Assembly: GCA_050013375.1 (NCBI GenBank)
Contig: JBEKFK010000001.1
Span: 5,051 to 69,050, forward strand
Length of the DNA: 64,000 bases
Reading direction: 5' to 3'
From: Nitrososphaerales archaeon
Lineage (GTDB): Archaea > Thermoproteota > Nitrososphaeria > Nitrososphaerales > Gagatemarchaeaceae
Shown here: positions 17,726-27,294 of the stretch, piece by piece
Position numbering within the stretch: the stretch's first letter is position 1
Layout of the letters: each line of letters opens with the position of its first letter
Made by a program: the position numbers and the translations under genes
The notes under the pieces: generated by a model
Databases searched by the model: none
Seen by the model: only the letters and a program-made list of their open reading frames with translations
What the model was told of the DNA's origin: nothing

Positions 17726-18526
17726 ATGAGCCCCACAAGAGGCTACGCGGAAGTGCACGGACTGAAGATGTACTATGAGATACATGGGTCCGGGGAGCCG
17801 CTCATCCTGCTTCACGGAGGCGCCGGAGCGACCGAGATGTTCGGACAACTCATCCCGGCGCTGGCGGAGACCAGACAGGTCATCGCCGCCGATCTGCAGG
17901 CCCACGGCCGCACCGCAGACATCAACCGTCCTCTGAGCTACGAACTCATGGCAGACGACGTCGCCGCCCTCATAGACCACCTCAAGTTCGAGGACGCCGA
18001 CGTGATGGGCTACTCGCTCGGAGGCGGCGTGGCCCTCCGGACCGCCATCCAGCACCCGGGGAGGGTGAGGAAGCTAGTGCTGGTCTCGACCGCATTCAAG
18101 CGAAACGGATGGTATCCAGAGGTGCTGGCGGCCATGGCGCAGAGCAGCCCTGAATCCGCCGAGGGGATGAAGGGTTCCCCGATGTACGAGGTATACTCCC
18201 GGATAGCGCCGAGGGTGGAGGACTGGCCCGTCCTCTTCACCAAGCTCGGGGCGCTGCTCCGACAGGACTACGACTGGTCCAGGGAGGTGGCCTCCATGAA
18301 GACGCCGACGATGCTGGCGTTCGGCGACGCCGACAGCGTCCGCACCTCGCACGCAGTGGAGTTCTTCGAGCTGCTCGGCGGCGGCAAGAAGGACGCCGGA
18401 TGGGACGGCTCAGGGATTTCCAGCGCCCGGCTCTTCATCCTGCCCGGGATCACGCACTACAACATCTTCGAAGCCCCCGCGCTGGCGGCGGCCGTGGTAC
18501 CCTTCCTTGAGACGCCAATCGCGTAA
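17726..18526 (+). CDS. alpha/beta-fold hydrolase
   Basis: EPLILLHGG, the nucleophile elbow GYSLGG, and a C-terminal GITHYN (His). Start taken at the internal ATG (MSPTRGYAEVHG). Confidence 0.85.
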   Translation: MSPTRGYAEVHGLKMYYEIHGSGEPLILLHGGAGATEMFGQLIPALAETRQVIAADLQAHGRTADINRPLSYELMADDVAALIDHLKFEDADVMGYSLGGGVALRTAIQHPGRVRKLVLVSTAFKRNGWYPEVLAAMAQSSPESAEGMKGSPMYEVYSRIAPRVEDWPVLFTKLGALLRQDYDWSREVASMKTPTMLAFGDADSVRTSHAVEFFELLGGGKKDAGWDGSGISSARLFILPGITHYNIFEAPALAAAVVPFLETPIA

Positions 18527-18560
18527 CGACGAACTCGCTATCGCGGCGGTCGGCGGTCAT

Positions 18561-19775
18561 CTAGCGGATGCCGTGTCTCTTCCTCTCCGGCTTCCTCATT
18601 AGCGGGGACACAACAGCGCCCACAAGCCCGAGCACCGCGAGCACCGCGAAAGCCGGATTGAAGAGCGCGTAGTTCTCCCCTACCACCAAGCCGACAAGAC
18701 CAGGGCCGACCACGTTCCCCCCGTAAGCGCCCAGCCCCCAGACGATTGCGTTGGCCGAGGAAGAGGCCCCCGGGGCGTATGCGGAGGCAAGGGAGAGGAG
18801 GGTCGGAAAGGTGCTGAAACTGAAGAACCCGAACAGAACTATGAAGACCACCCCGAGGTAGCCCGGGGAGTAGATGTAGGCTAGCACGCACAAGGCCGCG
18901 CCCCCCGACCCTACTCCGAGCACGTACCTGTTGTCGAACCTGTCCACCATCGCTCCAAACACAAACTGCCCCGGGATGGACCCGATCCAGAGGGCCGCGA
19001 GGGTCAGCCCTAGCAGCGGCCCGACGCCGATCCCCTTGACGGTCGTGAGGTACGTCGCGAGCCAGAAGGTGAACCCCGCGCTGCTGAGAGACCTTATCGC
19101 GGTCACACCGGTCAGCACGAGCACGTCCCGGTTGAGCCCGCTACCGTCTCCCCGGGACGCGTCTCTGGCGATCTGGGCGGTCCGACGGCGCTCCCTGAGG
19201 CCCGCAGCCACCGTGACAGCGGAGAGGAGGCCGATCCCTGACATCAGCGCCAGCGCGTTGGGCTGCGTGAGGAAGACCGCCAGCGATACGAACACAACGG
19301 GGAACGCGGTGGACCCGACGGCACCGAAGGCACCGCTGACCCCCAACGCCTTCCCACTCTCCGTGTAGGGGAACGCCGACCTAATGACAGTGGCACTCAG
19401 AGGGTGGTAGAACGCTGTCCCGAAGCCGGCCACCGACGAGAGCACGACCACCGAGGCGTACAGGACCGACTGGGTCGTGAGGTTGAGGGCGAGGAAGAAC
19501 CCGAGGAACGAGAGAGAGACTATCCCCAGACCGAGGCCGACCAGCGTGCCGAGCGCGCCCCGCCTGTCCGCCCAGCGTCCTATGTGGAAGCTGAAGAGAG
19601 CAGCGGCGGAGTAGAACGCCACCGACATGAGCGCGACCACGGAGATGGGGGTTCCCTTCACGTGCGCGATGTCGGCGACGACCGGGATGAATGCCGTCCA
19701 CCCATCGTTGACAAGGTGGCCGAGCGAAGCGAAGGCTAGCACTCGCCACTTGCCGACGGAGGTTCCCGCGCCCAA
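18561..19775 (-). CDS. MFS transporter
   Basis: 404 aa with about 12 hydrophobic helices and a GRWADRRG motif between TM2 and TM3. Confidence 0.8.
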   Translation of the reverse strand: MGAGTSVGKWRVLAFASLGHLVNDGWTAFIPVVADIAHVKGTPISVVALMSVAFYSAAALFSFHIGRWADRRGALGTLVGLGLGIVSLSFLGFFLALNLTTQSVLYASVVVLSSVAGFGTAFYHPLSATVIRSAFPYTESGKALGVSGAFGAVGSTAFPVVFVSLAVFLTQPNALALMSGIGLLSAVTVAAGLRERRRTAQIARDASRGDGSGLNRDVLVLTGVTAIRSLSSAGFTFWLATYLTTVKGIGVGPLLGLTLAALWIGSIPGQFVFGAMVDRFDNRYVLGVGSGGAALCVLAYIYSPGYLGVVFIVLFGFFSFSTFPTLLSLASAYAPGASSSANAIVWGLGAYGGNVVGPGLVGLVVGENYALFNPAFAVLAVLGLVGAVVSPLMRKPERKRHGIR

Positions 19776-19963
19776 CGGACACGACCAGCTCCCGGCGTTG
19801 CCTAAAAAGCTCTGATGTCGCGATCAAGCCCCAACGATAGACTCCGTCACGATTCGACAGAACCACTTTCGCGGCGAATCATCACTCAGAGCCTGAAAAC
19901 AGGTTTGCACCGGCCATTTTCGGGAACCACCGGCGCGTCGTGACAGGAGCCCTAAACGGGCGA

Positions 19964-20164
19964 CTAGCGAGCGTTCTTGCCCTTCCGCCATCCCCGGGGG
20001 CGCTCCGGGAGTGGGGAAGCCGCCTGTCTCTGGATTTCCCTCTCCAGTAGCTCCCTGATCACTTCGTCGAACGTGACCCTCCTGCCGAGCCTCTGCTTCA
20101 TCACAGAAGCGTAGCGGTTAAGCCCAGCCCGGGTCTCTTCCCCGATCTCAATCTTGGTTGACAT
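19964..20164 (-). CDS. small ribbon-helix-helix-like protein
   Basis: 66 aa. TKIEIGEETRAGLNRYASVMKQRLGRRVTFDEVIRELLE fits a strand-helix-helix pattern, followed by a basic tail. Confidence 0.5.
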   Translation of the reverse strand: MSTKIEIGEETRAGLNRYASVMKQRLGRRVTFDEVIRELLEREIQRQAASPLPERPRGWRKGKNAR

Positions 20165-20237
20165 TCGATACCGACCGACTCCCTCACTCGCCCGTGGTCC
20201 TTGCTAACATTAATACCATCACAAGGCAATCCAAGGC

Positions 20238-20999
20238 ATGTTTCGACTCGACGGTAGAGTCGCGGTCGTCACGGGAGGGGGATCGGGCATCGGCAGGGCG
20301 GCGTCACTACTCCTGTCAGAGTGCGGTGCGAGGGTGGTCGTCGTCGATATCAATGACGAGGGCGGACAGAAGACAGTCGCGACGATGTCTTCCAGAGGCG
20401 GGAACGGGTCCTTCTTCCACGCCGACGTCTCGAAGGTCGCCGAGGTGAAGGCTATGATCGAGACGGCTGTCGCCCAGCACGGCCACCTGGACATACTCTT
20501 CAACAATGCCGGCATCCTCTGCCCCAAGAGGAGCCTAGACACATCCGAGGACGACTACCAGCGGGTTCTCGACACGAACCTGAAGGCGGTCTTCTTCGGC
20601 TGCAAGTTCGCAGCCGAGAGGATGAAAGACAGAGGCGGTGCGATAGTCAGCACGAGCTCCGTGAACGCCGTCAGCGGGTCGGCAGACCTGGTCGCCTACT
20701 CGGCCTCGAAGGGCGGAGTCCTCGCGATGACGACAGCGCTCGCCAAGGAGTATGCCCCCTACAAGATCAGGGTCAACTGCGTCCTGCCCGGCCCCATTGA
20801 CACACCCATGAACTACGGCGATATGAACGAGGCCGAGTACCGGGCTGCTCTCAAGGAGACCGCGGAGAGGACGCTTCTGAAGCGGATGGGCGCGCCGATG
20901 GACGTGGCCTTCGCCGTGCTCTACCTGGTGAGCGACGAGGCATCCTTCGTCACTGGGACCTCGCTGGTGGTGGACGGCGGCTGGCTGGCCGCCCGATGA
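20238..20999 (+). CDS. SDR-family oxidoreductase (glucose-1-dehydrogenase/FabG-like)
   Basis: VTGGGSGIGRA, NNAG, YSASKGG (YxxxK), PGPIDTP. Confidence 0.9.
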   Translation: MFRLDGRVAVVTGGGSGIGRAASLLLSECGARVVVVDINDEGGQKTVATMSSRGGNGSFFHADVSKVAEVKAMIETAVAQHGHLDILFNNAGILCPKRSLDTSEDDYQRVLDTNLKAVFFGCKFAAERMKDRGGAIVSTSSVNAVSGSADLVAYSASKGGVLAMTTALAKEYAPYKIRVNCVLPGPIDTPMNYGDMNEAEYRAALKETAERTLLKRMGAPMDVAFAVLYLVSDEASFVTGTSLVVDGGWLAAR

Positions 21000-21076
21000 T
21001 CAACTGATGTATCCAGCGGCCACGGCAGGTTGAACAGACTTATACTGGGGCCGGGGTTTTCGATGGTGTCTACCGA

Positions 21077-22423
21077 ATGAGTCGCGCATCGAAGGTCTCG
21101 CTTGAGGGGAAGTCCAGTGAGGAGATTCTCAGGAAGGACGCAAAGTACATCGCGCACGGCGGAGGACCCACCCCGATAGTCTTCGTGGAGGCGAAGGGCT
21201 CCATTGTCACCGATGCGAACGGCAAGGAGTACATAGACTGCGTCTCCATGGGCATGGGCACCTCCGGGGTCGGGCACAACCACCCGCGCGTAGTCGCTGC
21301 CATAAGAGAGCAGGCTGGTAAGATAATCCACACCCACCTGTCCACCGTGAACATACCCTCGGTGGAGCTGGGGGAGAAGCTCGCGAGAATCACCCCCAAG
21401 GGGCTAAACAAGTTCCACTTTGTGAACAGCGGGACCGACGCCAATGAGACGGCGATCAGGGCAGCGATGACCTACACCAAGAAGAAGGAGGTGATCTCAC
21501 TCGAACTCGCCTACCATGGCTCGACAATAGCCCTGTCCAGCCTCGGGATGTCGTACTCCCGACACGCCTACCCAACCATCCAGGGGTTCAGGCAACTCCC
21601 TCCGCCCTACTGCTACCGCTGTCCGATCGGGCTGACCTATCCGAAGTGCGGGGTCGCCTGCGCGAACCTCCTAGACGACGCGATACGGTACGCCACGTCC
21701 CACGACGTGGCGGCGTTCATCCTGGAACCGATCATAGGGGCAGGCGGACACATCGTCCCTCCACTCAACGATTACGCGAAGATAGTCAGGGAGACCTGTG
21801 ACAAACACGGGATACTGATCATCGCCGACGAGATACAGACAGGGCTCGGCAGGACGGGGACGATGTGGGCCTCTGACTACATCGGTCTGAAGCCGGACAT
21901 CATGACCCTCGGCAAGGGTCTCGGCGGCGGGATGCCGATGGGCGCGGCCGTCTTCTCCGAGGAGGTGGGGACCCGGCTACAGAAGGACCCGTGGGCCCAC
22001 GGATACACCCACAGCGAGAGCCCGATGTCCTGCGCAGCCGCCGGGGCGGTCGTCGACATCGTCGTCGACGAGAAGCTGCCGGAGAGGAGCGCGAAGCTCG
22101 GGGCGATTGCCACCAAGATATTCAAGCGGTGGCAGGGGAGGTACGAGGCCATCGGGGACGTGAGGGGTCCCGGCCTCTTCATCGGCGTCGAACTGGTGAA
22201 GAACAGGACCACCAAGGAGAGGGCCACCGAGGAGGCCACGAAGATAGCCGCGGAGGCCTTGGCGATGGGCGGGATATTCAGCACCTCGCACGGAGCTTCG
22301 AAGGAGCCCGGAGGTAATGTGATCAAGTTCAAGCCCCCGATGACGATCGACGAGGCCACGATGAAGCGGGGCATCGGCATACTAGAGGATGCGTTCGATT
22401 CCGTCCTGGGAAAGGCGAGCTAA
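21077..22423 (+). CDS. class III (omega) PLP-dependent aminotransferase
   Basis: NSGTDANE, ADEIQTGLGRTG and TLGKGLGGGMP (Schiff-base Lys). Confidence 0.9.
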   Translation: MSRASKVSLEGKSSEEILRKDAKYIAHGGGPTPIVFVEAKGSIVTDANGKEYIDCVSMGMGTSGVGHNHPRVVAAIREQAGKIIHTHLSTVNIPSVELGEKLARITPKGLNKFHFVNSGTDANETAIRAAMTYTKKKEVISLELAYHGSTIALSSLGMSYSRHAYPTIQGFRQLPPPYCYRCPIGLTYPKCGVACANLLDDAIRYATSHDVAAFILEPIIGAGGHIVPPLNDYAKIVRETCDKHGILIIADEIQTGLGRTGTMWASDYIGLKPDIMTLGKGLGGGMPMGAAVFSEEVGTRLQKDPWAHGYTHSESPMSCAAAGAVVDIVVDEKLPERSAKLGAIATKIFKRWQGRYEAIGDVRGPGLFIGVELVKNRTTKERATEEATKIAAEALAMGGIFSTSHGASKEPGGNVIKFKPPMTIDEATMKRGIGILEDAFDSVLGKAS

Positions 22424-22509
22424 TCCTCGGTCTGGGTTTCTGGCCGCCCGGCTCTCTGACCAGACATCTCAGCAAAGAATAAGAGCCGCGCCATGGGTCA
22501 AGGCGCTTG

Positions 22510-23487
22510 ATGGGTCGCGCCGAGGGGATGGTCGACGATCTTGTTTCCCTGCCTGTAACCCTCCTGCCCATTGTGCACATCAGACCGAGCAAGTTCAAAC
22601 TGCGCCGTGAGCTTGGGAGGCTTGACGAGCTCGAGGAGTCCATCTCGAGGGTCGGCCTGCTCCAGCCGATAATCGTAAGGAAGAAGGGCAGTCAGAGCTA
22701 CGAGGTCGTCTCGGGACACAGGAGGCTCGCCTCGTGCCGGGCGCTCGGCATGAAGAGTATCAGGGCCATCATTACTGAGATGGGCGACAAGACCTCCTTC
22801 GAGGTTCAGCTCACCGAGAACATCCAGCGGGAGTCGTTCGCCCCCCTCGAGGAAGCGAGGGCCTTCTACTCCTACGTGGGGTCGGGGAGGAAGGGCCGCG
22901 TCGCCTACGGCACCGTCTCGGAGCTGGCGCGGAGGATTGGGAAGAGCCAGGAGTACATCTCCAACAGGATGAGGCTGCTCAGGCTCCCCGTCAGGCTGAT
23001 GGAGAAGATGTTCGTCGCCGACGGGTTCACCGTGAGCCACGCCGAGGAGATATCGCTGCTCGCGTCGAACCCGGAACTCGTCGAGAAGCTTTGCGACATG
23101 GTCGTCGCGAAGAAGATCACGGTGCGCGAGCTCGAGAGGGCAATCCCGCTGATCAAATCCGGGACGGAGGTCGAGCCTGCGATCGAGCTGGCGAGAAACG
23201 AGGTCAAGCTGAGGCCGAAGCGCGAGGCGCAGCTCGAGGTGGAGGATTCGGTCGGGATTATCCTGAGGAGGACGCGAAAGCTCCTGGAATCGACGCTTTG
23301 CTACGTGGACAGCGCGGGCGTCGAGATGGAGATGGACAGGGACCTCCACGAAATCTGGATCAGGGAGGTCCGCATGAAGATCCACGACGCGGTCGATGGC
23401 GTTGTCTTCGCGGAGAGGGTGAGGCGGGGCAAGAGAGCCGAGCACCGCAGAAGGCCAACCGAAGAGCCTTTCATCTGGTCCGGATAG
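22510..23487 (+). CDS. parB: ParB/Spo0J-family protein (ParB N-terminal domain + HTH)
   Basis: LLQPIIVRKKGSQSYEVVSGHRRLASCRALG (GxRR box), QLTENIQRESFAPLEEARAF, and the HTH TVSELARRIGKSQEYISNRMRLLRLP. ATG at 22510 (TTG at 22507 is also possible). Confidence 0.85.
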   Translation: MGRAEGMVDDLVSLPVTLLPIVHIRPSKFKLRRELGRLDELEESISRVGLLQPIIVRKKGSQSYEVVSGHRRLASCRALGMKSIRAIITEMGDKTSFEVQLTENIQRESFAPLEEARAFYSYVGSGRKGRVAYGTVSELARRIGKSQEYISNRMRLLRLPVRLMEKMFVADGFTVSHAEEISLLASNPELVEKLCDMVVAKKITVRELERAIPLIKSGTEVEPAIELARNEVKLRPKREAQLEVEDSVGIILRRTRKLLESTLCYVDSAGVEMEMDRDLHEIWIREVRMKIHDAVDGVVFAERVRRGKRAEHRRRPTEEPFIWSG

Positions 23488-23521
23488 GAATCACAGTAGG
23501 CGGCGCTGGCCGACCGAAGCT

Positions 23522-23535
23522 ATTCCACGTGGAAT
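23522..23535. promoter_or_regulatory. parS-like perfect palindrome ATTCCACGTGGAAT
   Basis: 14-bp perfect inverted repeat 35 nt after the ParB stop. The 16-mer 23521-23536 matches the bacterial parS consensus TGTTNCACGTGAAACA at 12/16 positions, including the CACGTG core. Confidence 0.45.
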
Positions 23536-23706
23536 CGTCTAAACACAAGAAGCCAGGTCGCGGCGTACAGGGAAGGACTCGACATGACGGATGAAGTACG
23601 GGACTGGCGGTCGCTTCAGAATTCACCAACGGGTCGCGTATTCGTCAATATAATTTGAATCTCGGGGGTTGAAAGCTTATTATTTACTGGGACATGCTAA
23701 ATCCTC

Positions 23707-25302
23707 TTGGCTGATCAGCCAAAGAAGCTGTTCGTTCGTGAGGCCACCGGCCTCGTGAGGGAGCTCGGATTCGTCGACCATTTCTTCATCTCATCCGGAA
23801 TCATCCTGGTCTTGGGAGGCTTCGTCATCACCGCGCTGTTCACGCCACTCCTGTTCCCGGGTGCCTACCTCCCGGCGGTCTTCCTGCTCGGCAGCATCCC
23901 CGCCTGGGCGATGGCCTACATCTATGGCAGGCTCTCGGGCGGGATTTCGAGAAGCGGAGGCGACTACGTCTGGTCCACTAGAATCCTCGGGCCACTCTTC
24001 GGTTCAATCCAGTTCATCTTCCTCCTCCTCGCCACAGTCACGTTCGTCGGGGGCGGAGCCACGCAGATCTTCTTCTACGGTCTTTCACAGTTCGCATTCG
24101 GAGTCGGCGTCGACACTCACAGCATGTCGTTGCTAACCCTTGGAGGCCAGCTAAGCAGCGTCAGCGTAGGCGGTCCTGGCTCGTTCCTGGTGCTTGCTCT
24201 CGTGACGATTGGCGCCTTGGTTACTATCCGGGCGTTCGGATGGATCTTCAAGATTACATACGTGTTCTACTACTTCCTGACAATCGTCTTCATCATCGTG
24301 TGTCTCACGATAGTCCCGTCGAGCGTATCGGCGATGTTCAACAGTGCGATGAGCACTGCAGGGGTGAACCTGACCTACAATAGCGTCATCGCTTCCACGG
24401 CCAGCTCGGTACCTTCGCAGTTCAGCCTCAACAACACCCTTCTCGCCGCATTGCCTCTGGGCTTCACGACCTTCATCGGGTTCAACTACGGCACCTATCT
24501 CGCGGGGGAGACCAAGAACGCAAAGTCGTCGCTTTCGAAGGCTCTCTATCTGGCTATGGGAGTCACGACCGTCCTTCTAGTAGCAATGAGCTACTTGATT
24601 TACAATACCTTCAATTCGACCTTCCTGAGTTCGATCGCATACTACTACGGCTCGCATCCGGGAGTCCTCCCGGTCCTGCCCACGGCGACCATGCTCGCCG
24701 GCTTTACGAGCCCCTACGTCGCGGGACTGCTCGGTCTGGGAATCGCGATATCGTGGGCGGTGCAGATAATGGGCTTCCTCGTGACCTTCTCCCGCATCAT
24801 CTTCGCGGCATCATTCGACCGGCTACTCCCGTCAGCCTTCTCCAAGGTGAGCGACAGGTTCCACGCACCCTACTGGGCAGTAGTCCTGGTCTCCTTCCTC
24901 TCAGGGCTGTACCTCTTCTTCTTCTGGTACTATGGCATCATTGCCGCGCAGCTCAACACCTCCTACATTCTGCCAATCGGGTTTGCAATGCCGATGATAG
25001 CCACGCTCCTGTTCCCAATCGTGAAGAAGGACCTCTACGTCCGCATCTTCGGGTCGATGGCTGGTGCAAAGACTCTCATGTTCGCCTCCGCCGTCGGTGC
25101 GGGCGCCTTCATCATCTATGCCATCGCGATATCCGACCCGATTGTCAGCGGTGTCTACATCGGTGCATCCTTGGATCTGGCCATCGAAGTGGCTATCGCG
25201 GGCGTTCTCATCGGCGCAGCCATCTACGCCTTGGGGCGCTACCACGCTCGATCCATCGGTCTGGACCTGAACAACATCTACGCAGAGATCCCGCCGGAGT
25301 GA
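23707..25302 (+). CDS. APC-superfamily amino acid/polyamine permease
   Basis: 531 aa with a TTG start, about 12-14 TM helices and the APC-like N-terminal motif (GSIPAWAMAYIYGRLSG). Confidence 0.8.
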   Translation: MADQPKKLFVREATGLVRELGFVDHFFISSGIILVLGGFVITALFTPLLFPGAYLPAVFLLGSIPAWAMAYIYGRLSGGISRSGGDYVWSTRILGPLFGSIQFIFLLLATVTFVGGGATQIFFYGLSQFAFGVGVDTHSMSLLTLGGQLSSVSVGGPGSFLVLALVTIGALVTIRAFGWIFKITYVFYYFLTIVFIIVCLTIVPSSVSAMFNSAMSTAGVNLTYNSVIASTASSVPSQFSLNNTLLAALPLGFTTFIGFNYGTYLAGETKNAKSSLSKALYLAMGVTTVLLVAMSYLIYNTFNSTFLSSIAYYYGSHPGVLPVLPTATMLAGFTSPYVAGLLGLGIAISWAVQIMGFLVTFSRIIFAASFDRLLPSAFSKVSDRFHAPYWAVVLVSFLSGLYLFFFWYYGIIAAQLNTSYILPIGFAMPMIATLLFPIVKKDLYVRIFGSMAGAKTLMFASAVGAGAFIIYAIAISDPIVSGVYIGASLDLAIEVAIAGVLIGAAIYALGRYHARSIGLDLNNIYAEIPPE

Positions 25303-25385
25303 GCACAGCCTACAACCAGCTGGATCGTCCGCTCTGATGTGTGGATAGCTTATAGCGTCCCTCCGACTTCCGGACATCTACTGAA

Positions 25386-26528
25386 ATGCAATCCGACCCC
25401 AAGGAACCGGAAGACTTGCACCTTTCCCCGAAACGGCTCGAGGAGGCCTACTCAATTTTGGGCCGAGCGGTCGAGGAGGGGAAGATCATGGGCTGCACCG
25501 TCGGCATCGCCAGAAACGGAGAACCACTCGAACCCAGGGCCTTCGGGAGGAGGTCCATCGAAGGGGCCACTCCGGTCGTGCCCGACACGATGTTCCTCAT
25601 CGCCTCCCTGACCAAGCCCTTCACCTCTACTGCGGCGATGATGCTGGTCGAGAGGGGGCTCATCCGACTTGACGACCCAGTCTGCTCCATCGTGCCGGAG
25701 TTCGGAGACGGAGGTTCCAGGGACAGGGTCCTCGTCCGTCACCTCCTGACCCACACGAGCGGTCTCCCGGACCAGCTCCCGGAGAACACGGAGCTCAGGT
25801 CGCACCACGCGACCCTCGACGATTTCCTCCGAAAGATCTACAGGACCCCCCTCCTCTTCGAGCCGGGCACGAGCTTCAGCTACCAGAGCTGCGGGATGGC
25901 CATGCTGATGGACATCGTGCAGCGCGTCACGGGGGCTCCCCTCTCCGAGTTCATGCTGCACGAGATATTCGAGCCGCTGGGGATGGACGACTCGTCGCTC
26001 GGGGTTAACTGGAGCAAGGCAGAGAGGGTGAGTCAGGTCAACCTCCCGCCAGGTGGGTCCCAGTACGGAGGAGCCGAAGCATCCGACTGGAACTGGAACA
26101 GCCGCTACATCTGGAGCCTCGGGTACCCGTGGGGAGGGATGTTCTCCACACAGGCCGACCTGCTAGGGTTCCTGAACGTCTTCCTCAACCGGGGGACACT
26201 GAACGGGAAACGGGTCGTGAGCCCGCAGACCGCGCAGGCCATGACCAACAACCAGGTCGTGAAGTTCCTGCAGATCCCGAAGGACATCGCCTACAGGAAT
26301 CCCTGGGGATTCGGATGGCAGATGAAGGCGCCATTCAAATCGGTGTTCGGGGACCTCAACTCTTCGAGGACCTTCGGACACTGGGGGGCGACCGGGACGC
26401 TCTACTGGGCCGACCCCGAGACCTCGCTGGCCTGTGTGGTGCTCACGAACCAGCCCTTCGAGTGGAGCGGCGCAATCCTGGGGAGGTTCTCGAACGCCGT
26501 CGCGGGCTCGATAGCGGCAAACCCCTAG
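25386..26528 (+). CDS. serine hydrolase, beta-lactamase/PBP4 (class C-like) family
   Basis: SxxK in IASLTKPFT, LLTHTSGLPD, C-terminal HWGATGT. Confidence 0.85.
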   Translation: MQSDPKEPEDLHLSPKRLEEAYSILGRAVEEGKIMGCTVGIARNGEPLEPRAFGRRSIEGATPVVPDTMFLIASLTKPFTSTAAMMLVERGLIRLDDPVCSIVPEFGDGGSRDRVLVRHLLTHTSGLPDQLPENTELRSHHATLDDFLRKIYRTPLLFEPGTSFSYQSCGMAMLMDIVQRVTGAPLSEFMLHEIFEPLGMDDSSLGVNWSKAERVSQVNLPPGGSQYGGAEASDWNWNSRYIWSLGYPWGGMFSTQADLLGFLNVFLNRGTLNGKRVVSPQTAQAMTNNQVVKFLQIPKDIAYRNPWGFGWQMKAPFKSVFGDLNSSRTFGHWGATGTLYWADPETSLACVVLTNQPFEWSGAILGRFSNAVAGSIAANP

Positions 26529-26565
26529 CGCTTCTGCGGCACCGGAAGGGGGCACTTTCCTGTAG

Positions 26566-27093
26566 CTATTCGCTGAACGCCTTGACGCGCCAGACATAGC
26601 GCATCGAGACGACGTACGTCACCGGATAGGAGACGACCGCCCCTATCATGTTCCCAAAGACGGGGGAGAGGGAGATCGTCGCGAGGCAGGTGAGCTGGAC
26701 CACGACTATCATGAGGTTTCCGGCGAGCGCGGTGAGCTGATACTCGCCCCACCTAATCGACCAGTGGAGCCGCCCCTTCTTCCTCTCCTCACCCAGGCCC
26801 CTGACGGTGACGCGCTCGTTTATCAGGAAGGCCACGGTGTCTCCGATACCGAGTGCCAGCGCATCCAGTTCCAGGATGGAGAGGGATGAGTTCGAGAAGC
26901 TCGGCACCCTGATCGAGTGGTAGAGGAGGACTACTCCGAGGACGACGATCATCTCGTTGACCAGGAAACCCGTGCCGCTGGCCACTGCGAACCTTATGAC
27001 CCGGAAGACCCCGAACCTTCTCTCCAGTCCGTCGAGCGTCTTCAACCAGTGCGGGGCGGGCGTGTTCTGCAGCGCCTCTGCTGTTTTGGCCAT
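26566..27093 (-). CDS. GtrA-family membrane protein
   Basis: 175 aa with 4 TM helices and FAVASGTGFLVNEMIVVLGV, typical of GtrA-like proteins. Confidence 0.75.
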   Translation of the reverse strand: MAKTAEALQNTPAPHWLKTLDGLERRFGVFRVIRFAVASGTGFLVNEMIVVLGVVLLYHSIRVPSFSNSSLSILELDALALGIGDTVAFLINERVTVRGLGEERKKGRLHWSIRWGEYQLTALAGNLMIVVVQLTCLATISLSPVFGNMIGAVVSYPVTYVVSMRYVWRVKAFSE

Positions 27094-27294
27094 GGGCTGT
27101 CGTTGCTTCTACTTCGAGAGTGCGCCGGCGCCTCTTAAAGGAGGAAGACGATTCCCAGATTTGAGAAAGGAACGGCCCCATCCGTCCCATGAGGGCCGGA
27201 ATCTCGCTCCAGAGACCGATTCAAGACCTGCCAAGTCGATTCTCACGAGTCGGAGGGCGACGTGCTGGAGAATCGAGGCCAAACGGGCCTTTGT

